In this document: in pieces, positions 36,320 through 40,778 of the stretch
Layout: each line of letters begins with the position of its first letter
Numbering within the stretch: the first letter of the stretch is position 1
Source: a virus
Taxonomy: Duplodnaviria > Caudoviricetes
DNA length: 40,778 nucleotides
Virus record (IMG/VR): IMGVR_UViG_3300033145_002495
Location: 1-40,778 of that record
Reading direction: 5' to 3' (one strand)
The notes under the pieces: generated by a model
The model's database searches: none
What the model saw: only the letters and a program-made list of their open reading frames with translations
Told to the model about the DNA's origin: nothing
Program-made: the position numbers and the translations under genes

Positions 36320-38452
36320 ATGGCAGACATAAAAAGAAATCTCTATAATTGTGCTCTTGGAAGTCAAGGTTTTATTTTAACTGGCACGCCTGAACGTCCA
36401 GCTCGCACAATGGTTCAAGCCCCTGTTTTTGGCAATCGTTATGCTTTGGGCGATAGAGATTATACTGATTTTACTTTTTGGTGGTATTGGGCTCAGACAG
36501 AATGGGCTAATGGATTTAAAGATTCAGTTTCTTGGGCGAATGATGGTAAATTTTATTATTCAACCAATATAGATACTTGGTCAGAGTATGGAGCTATTAA
36601 ATTAGCAAGCGGATTAATTTTAGAGAAGGAATTTACTGAAAATATTACTTGCGGAAGTTATGAAATGGTAGCCGGCACTTCTTATGGATATATCGGAACG
36701 GACGATGATGTTGATGGCAAACCAAGAGTTTATCGTAGTGATGATTGGACTACTAATATTGTTTCAGCTTGGATGCCCACTTCTGCTTCTTGGGTGAATG
36801 ATGTTATCCACCATAAAGAAAAAATCTATATTTTAACAACTGGCAGTTCTTCAGCTACTACTTATGTTGTAACTAAATGTGATGCTGATGGAACAAATCA
36901 GGTTGACTATACCGGAACTTCTACTACTTATATTTACCAAGCAATGGGATGGCAACCAACTGGTGCTACTTCAGCTACTTCAGATGACAATACTCTTTAT
37001 ATTGCTGTAACTGCCTTTCAAGGAGCTAAATTTGGGATTGTTAAAACTGATGACAATGGAGCTAATTGGACCAAAGTTTTAGAATACAGTTATGAAGGAA
37101 ACATTCCCTGTATGTTATTAATCGGTAGTGCCTTATATTATTTAATTGAACCTTCAAATGAAAGCAGATTAGAATTTAGAAAATATGATATCTCTGCTTC
37201 GGCTGATGCTTTTATTTATTCTTTTCCGACTTCGGGCGTTAGCTCGGTAGCAGCCGGATTTAAAGGAGCTTCCCGAAGATTACTTCATTACTTTAATGGA
37301 AAGTTAATCATTAGTATTCCCAGAAAAGAAATTTGGCAATACGACGGCACAAATTTAACCAGATTAAAAAAATTAGATGATGCTAAAGATTCTATTGGGA
37401 ATTGTGAAGCAAATTTTGATATAGGGGGAACAGCTGTCCAGCTAAAAGGAGGAATTATTCACGATAATAAACTCTGGTGGGCTAATCTGATGTATGATGG
37501 GACTTATTTCTCTAATACCAAAAAACCTTTTAGTGATGATACTAATTGGTTAAGACCCGTTTTTTCAGACGGAACTAATATTTATTGGACTTCTGTTAGT
37601 GGTGGTGCTTACAAAAAGTTGTATAAAGACAGTAATTACAAAGGAGCAACCGCTAATGCTAATTTTCTTATTTTTAATCAAATAGATATTGTTTCAACTA
37701 TTGATAAACTTTTTTATACTTGTAATCTTATTTTCAAACCATTAGTAAGCGGACAGAAAATTATTGTTGAATATACTACTGACCCCATTGAGAATGTATC
37801 AACTTGGCATTCTTTAGGGAGTGTAGATTTTTCAGTAGATGGAGGAACGATTACCGATAAGACTCTTTATTTTCCCGAAAATACTATTGAAAAAAAACTT
37901 TGGTTGAGAGTAGAATTAGAAGGGGGAGGTTCTAATACTCCTATTCTTCAGGATATTTCCATTGCTTATTATCCAGTTCCTGAATATAAACAAAGATGGA
38001 GTTTAACTGTTAATTGTATTGATAATTTAACATTGCTTGATGGAAAAACTAAAGAAACAAAAAGAGGAGAAGAATTAAGAAACATTCTTAAAACTTATTG
38101 GAAGAATAAAAATGTTGTAGAATTTCAAGATGTAGATTTTGCCGAAACCTTGTTGGATGGGTCTTTAACTGCCAGTGCTACAACTATTACGGTTGACTCT
38201 ACTAACAAATTTCCAGAACAGGGTATAATTAGAATAGAAAAAGAGAAAATAAAATATACCGGCAAAACCGCTACTGCTTTTACTGGTTGCACCAGAGGAT
38301 ACGAAGGAACAGTAGCCACTACTCATTCTGATAATACCGTTTGTTCTAATAGTTATAAAGTTATTATTACTAATTATGCCGAGTCTACTCCTGTTGGAAC
38401 AGAAGCCAAGATTAATGAGTTTCTGGTTAACTTGGAGTTAATGGAGATTTAA
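36320..38452 (+). CDS. Tail nozzle or tubular protein (beta-propeller-like)
   Basis: 710 aa, beta-rich, Asp-box TDDNGANW; follows the adaptor. Confidence 0.65.
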   Translation: MADIKRNLYNCALGSQGFILTGTPERPARTMVQAPVFGNRYALGDRDYTDFTFWWYWAQTEWANGFKDSVSWANDGKFYYSTNIDTWSEYGAIKLASGLILEKEFTENITCGSYEMVAGTSYGYIGTDDDVDGKPRVYRSDDWTTNIVSAWMPTSASWVNDVIHHKEKIYILTTGSSSATTYVVTKCDADGTNQVDYTGTSTTYIYQAMGWQPTGATSATSDDNTLYIAVTAFQGAKFGIVKTDDNGANWTKVLEYSYEGNIPCMLLIGSALYYLIEPSNESRLEFRKYDISASADAFIYSFPTSGVSSVAAGFKGASRRLLHYFNGKLIISIPRKEIWQYDGTNLTRLKKLDDAKDSIGNCEANFDIGGTAVQLKGGIIHDNKLWWANLMYDGTYFSNTKKPFSDDTNWLRPVFSDGTNIYWTSVSGGAYKKLYKDSNYKGATANANFLIFNQIDIVSTIDKLFYTCNLIFKPLVSGQKIIVEYTTDPIENVSTWHSLGSVDFSVDGGTITDKTLYFPENTIEKKLWLRVELEGGGSNTPILQDISIAYYPVPEYKQRWSLTVNCIDNLTLLDGKTKETKRGEELRNILKTYWKNKNVVEFQDVDFAETLLDGSLTASATTITVDSTNKFPEQGIIRIEKEKIKYTGKTATAFTGCTRGYEGTVATTHSDNTVCSNSYKVIITNYAESTPVGTEAKINEFLVNLELMEI

Positions 38453-38456
38453 AAAT

Positions 38457-38699
38457 ATGCCCTTAACTTTAGTGGGAAAACCTAAATTAAAAAATCCGAT
38501 TATTAATAGAATTAGAAATGTTACTTCTCAACTTTTTAGTTATATTCGTCCAGAAGTTATTTTGGGGATATTTTTAGTATGTGCTATTTTATTAGCATTT
38601 CTTCAAATCCCGGCAATAGGATTTTATTTAGTTTTTGGAATATTTATTGCTGGATACTTTTGCGAAAGAATTTTTATTAAAATTAAAAAAAGAGAATAG
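38457..38699 (+). CDS. Two-TM membrane protein, holin candidate
   Basis: Two hydrophobic segments and a basic C-terminus. Confidence 0.55.
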   Translation: MPLTLVGKPKLKNPIINRIRNVTSQLFSYIRPEVILGIFLVCAILLAFLQIPAIGFYLVFGIFIAGYFCERIFIKIKKRE

Positions 38700-38701
38700 C
38701 A

Positions 38702-38920
38702 ATGGAACAAAACACTAATTACAAAAACCAAGAACAAGACCGCAGAATTGAAGTTTTAGAAAAACACATTGCCACTATTAACGACGAATTAAATTCAGTT
38801 AAGATTGATATGGCTGAGATTAGAGCCAATGTCTGTTGGTTGAGAAAAAGCTATTGGATAATAATTACAGCTTCCTTGGGTGGATTAGCCACCGCTTTGA
38901 TTAATCTTTTGTCCAAATAA
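38702..38920 (+). CDS. XhlA/hemolysin-like lysis membrane protein
   Basis: Coiled coil then W...WIIITASLGGLATAL transmembrane segment. Confidence 0.6.
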   Translation: MEQNTNYKNQEQDRRIEVLEKHIATINDELNSVKIDMAEIRANVCWLRKSYWIIITASLGGLATALINLLSK

Positions 38921-38936
38921 AATGTTAGAAGACCCA

Positions 38937-39256
38937 TCGGATAATTTATGTTTCAAAAAATTGGAAAGAAATCTGTCCGAAATAGAGAACCTCCTGATAA
39001 AAGTGGCGGGGAGGGAATATCCAATTATTGAGAGACAGGTCAAAGTTTTTGGCACTATTCTCTCCCCGCAATGTTATATGATTCTTGAATTCTGGGCGAG
39101 TATGGGCTGAATGCCCGCAAAAATGTGGCTTGGGGTATAAGGTCGGCTCTTATACCCGACAAAATGTTCAGCGGTTGAAAGTCCGCAAGGCTCTGCGTAA
39201 AAATAGGAGTTAGCCGCCCGCAATCCTTAAAAACGCCCCGCCCAGAATTGAGAAAT
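38937..39256 (+). ncRNA. Candidate multi-domain structured RNA
   Basis: Three consecutive GC-rich stem domains (see findings). Confidence 0.55.
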
Positions 39257-39340
39257 TATGAAAAAGGTTATTCAAAAACTTAAAAAATTAAAAAAGGTCA
39301 AATTTTTAAGATTTAAACCACGAGGCAAAAAGAATAACAT

Positions 39341-39883
39341 ATGGAAGAAGATAAAAGAAAACAGCTAAATCTTTATAAGAACTTAGGAGCAATTTTGATT
39401 TCAAAGGGAGAGTGGTTTTTGGCTAAAGCCCATAATGTGAAATATACTCAAACTATCAGTAGTGCCACTTTAAAGAATTTCCTTGTTGGTTTGGGACTTA
39501 CAAACATTTATACAGCGGATAACAAATATCGTCTGGCAGATTGGAAGGTTTGGCAAAGTATTATAAAATATGATTGGACAGATAAAAGGAAATATCTTTC
39601 GGACTTCTTTGATTGCGACGATTATGCCAACGCTTTTAAATCAAGAATGTCAGAAATCTATAAATTGAACTCGGTGGCTTTGGCAAGAAGCACTATTTTA
39701 TATGACAGAAATACAAAGAAAAAGGTTGGTGTTCATCGCCACAATATCATAGTTGCCACTTCCAACGGCATTCTTCAAGCGTATGCTTTTGAGGCTCAAA
39801 CGGACGAGTGGCAACTAATTCAAAAAGGTCGTCCCATTGAAATGGGAAATTGGCAATATCAAATTAAATACTTAGATTTTTAA
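39341..39883 (+). CDS. Papain/transglutaminase-like cysteine peptidase
   Basis: FDCDDYA, H..NII and FEAQTD pattern consistent with a Cys-His-acid triad. Confidence 0.65.
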   Translation: MEEDKRKQLNLYKNLGAILISKGEWFLAKAHNVKYTQTISSATLKNFLVGLGLTNIYTADNKYRLADWKVWQSIIKYDWTDKRKYLSDFFDCDDYANAFKSRMSEIYKLNSVALARSTILYDRNTKKKVGVHRHNIIVATSNGILQAYAFEAQTDEWQLIQKGRPIEMGNWQYQIKYLDF

Positions 39884-39884
39884 A

Positions 39885-40040
39885 ATGCTAAAAGGACACA
39901 AAACAAAAATATCCGCTGTTATGCTGGTTGTTTCTGCCCTGCTTTATGGATTTGGAGTTATTGACCAGCAAGCATTTACCACTTTGGTGGCTATCTTTGG
40001 CGGCACTGGATTGTATGGCATACGGGACGCTATGAAATAG
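39885..40040 (+). CDS. 51-aa two-TM holin-like protein MLKGHKTKISAVMLVVSALLYGFGVIDQQAFTTLVAIFGGTGLYGIRDAMK (missed by the ORF track)
   Basis: Starts 1 nt after the upstream stop; L.G.KT...G.R.A pattern of small phage membrane proteins. Confidence 0.75.
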   Translation: MLKGHKTKISAVMLVVSALLYGFGVIDQQAFTTLVAIFGGTGLYGIRDAMK

Positions 40041-40096
40041 CTGTAGATAAACAAAAGGATGTTTAAAAACCAAAGAGATTATTTAGGAAAAACTTC

Positions 40097-40124
40097 TTGA
40101 CATTAGTTTTGGTTAAAATATAAT
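40097..40124 (+). promoter_or_regulatory. sigma70 promoter (leaderless to ATG 40133)
   Basis: TTGACA-N16-TATAAT. Confidence 0.75.
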
Positions 40125-40132
40125 TGAATAAT

Positions 40133-40569
40133 ATGAGAAATTTTTAATAGGGCATCTGATATTTATAGCTTTATCCTTGTTGCTTCCTATATCAGTTTTT
40201 GCCCCATTAAATCCGTCATTTCGGGAAATAGGTAATAATACTCAACTTCTGACAGAAAACAGTTCTTTTAAGGGCAAAACAGCGATAATATGGGGGATAA
40301 AAAGCCGGTTGTGGGAAATGGCGGACAAATACGGATTAGATTATGATAGGTTCTATAACTTAGCTTGGTGCGAGAGTAGATTAAATCCAAACGCTAAAGG
40401 AAAGTATGGTGAGGTGGGGATATTTCAATTCAAGATAGAGACATTTAACGAGTATGCTGAAAAATTTAAAAAGGTCGGTTTCAGCATTGATGATACTAAT
40501 AATCAAATAGAATTAGCAGCCCAAATGATTTCAAAAGGATTAGAGAAACATTGGGTCTGTCGATACTAA
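40133..40569 (+). CDS. Lytic transglycosylase (SLT) with an N-terminal hydrophobic segment; start uncertain (frameshift at about 40140, or TTG 40177)
   Basis: LAWCESRLNPNA, GIFQF and NQIELAA...W SLT motifs. Confidence 0.8.
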
Positions 40570-40570
40570 A

Positions 40571-40612
40571 ATGGGAAAAAAGAAAAAAGGAAAAAAGAAG
40601 AAAAAGAAATAA
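40571..40612 (+). CDS. 13-aa poly-lysine micro-ORF MGKKKKGKKKKKK
   Basis: ATG 1 nt after the SLT stop. Confidence 0.35.
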   Translation: MGKKKKGKKKKKK

Positions 40613-40665
40613 TTTTCAAAGGTCGTTTTTTTCTTTAGTAATTACGATTATCAAAATTATTAACT

Positions 40666-40778
40666 ATGATTACTAAACCTTTTGTTAATCAAGACGAACC
40701 CGACACTCCAGAAGAAGAAACTCCGGAAGAAGCTCCCGAAGGTGATGGTGAAGAAGAAGAAACGGAAAATAAGGGAGA
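40666..40778 (+). CDS. 45-aa acidic micro-protein spanning the circular junction (ends at 77): MITKPFVNQDEPDTPEEETPEEAPEGDGEEEETENKGDWVGGHKL
   Basis: In frame across the 52-bp overlap; AAAGGTCG motif 40 nt upstream. Confidence 0.7.
   Translation, partial: MITKPFVNQDEPDTPEEETPEEAPEGDGEEEETENKG
40727..40778. repeat. Terminal direct repeat, right copy
   Basis: Identical to 1-52. Confidence 0.95.

Noticed and set aside
39094-39245. Canonical tRNA, tmRNA or pistol ribozyme
   Set aside because: Partial resemblances only: no proper cloverleaf with TTC and CCA, no tag ORF, and the pistol P3 and AGCG elements are missing; kept as an unclassified RNA

Overview
This looks like a complete, circularly assembled genome of an AT-rich tailed dsDNA phage, probably podovirus-like. 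Bases 1-52 repeat exactly at 40727-40778, giving a unit length of about 40,726 bp. There are two divergent arms. The minus arm (714-13057) holds about 30 mostly short early genes, including a PD-(D/E)XK nuclease, a resolvase-like nuclease, YopX, a SWIM finger, an SSB-like protein, an AAA ATPase, a beta-clamp-like protein and a SymE-like protein. The plus arm (14297, wrapping to 628) holds terminases, portal, three large putative ejection proteins, scaffold, major capsid protein, fibre and tail genes, a glycosyltransferase-methyltransferase fusion and lysis genes. A 928-nt group I intron carrying an HNH endonuclease splits a structural gene, and both splice sites can be reconstructed in frame. 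I recognised no polymerase, primase, helicase or integrase. Shine-Dalgarno sites are essentially absent; an AAAGGTC motif precedes many starts and several promoters point to leaderless mRNAs. A Patescibacteria/CPR-like host is an unproven guess. The most unusual signals are six separate structured non-coding regions, a pair of convergent acidic and basic micro-proteins sharing W[IV]GGH[QK]L, C-rich linkers between early genes, and a possible -1 frameshift gating the lytic transglycosylase. All calls come from reading the sequence by eye; no searches were run.
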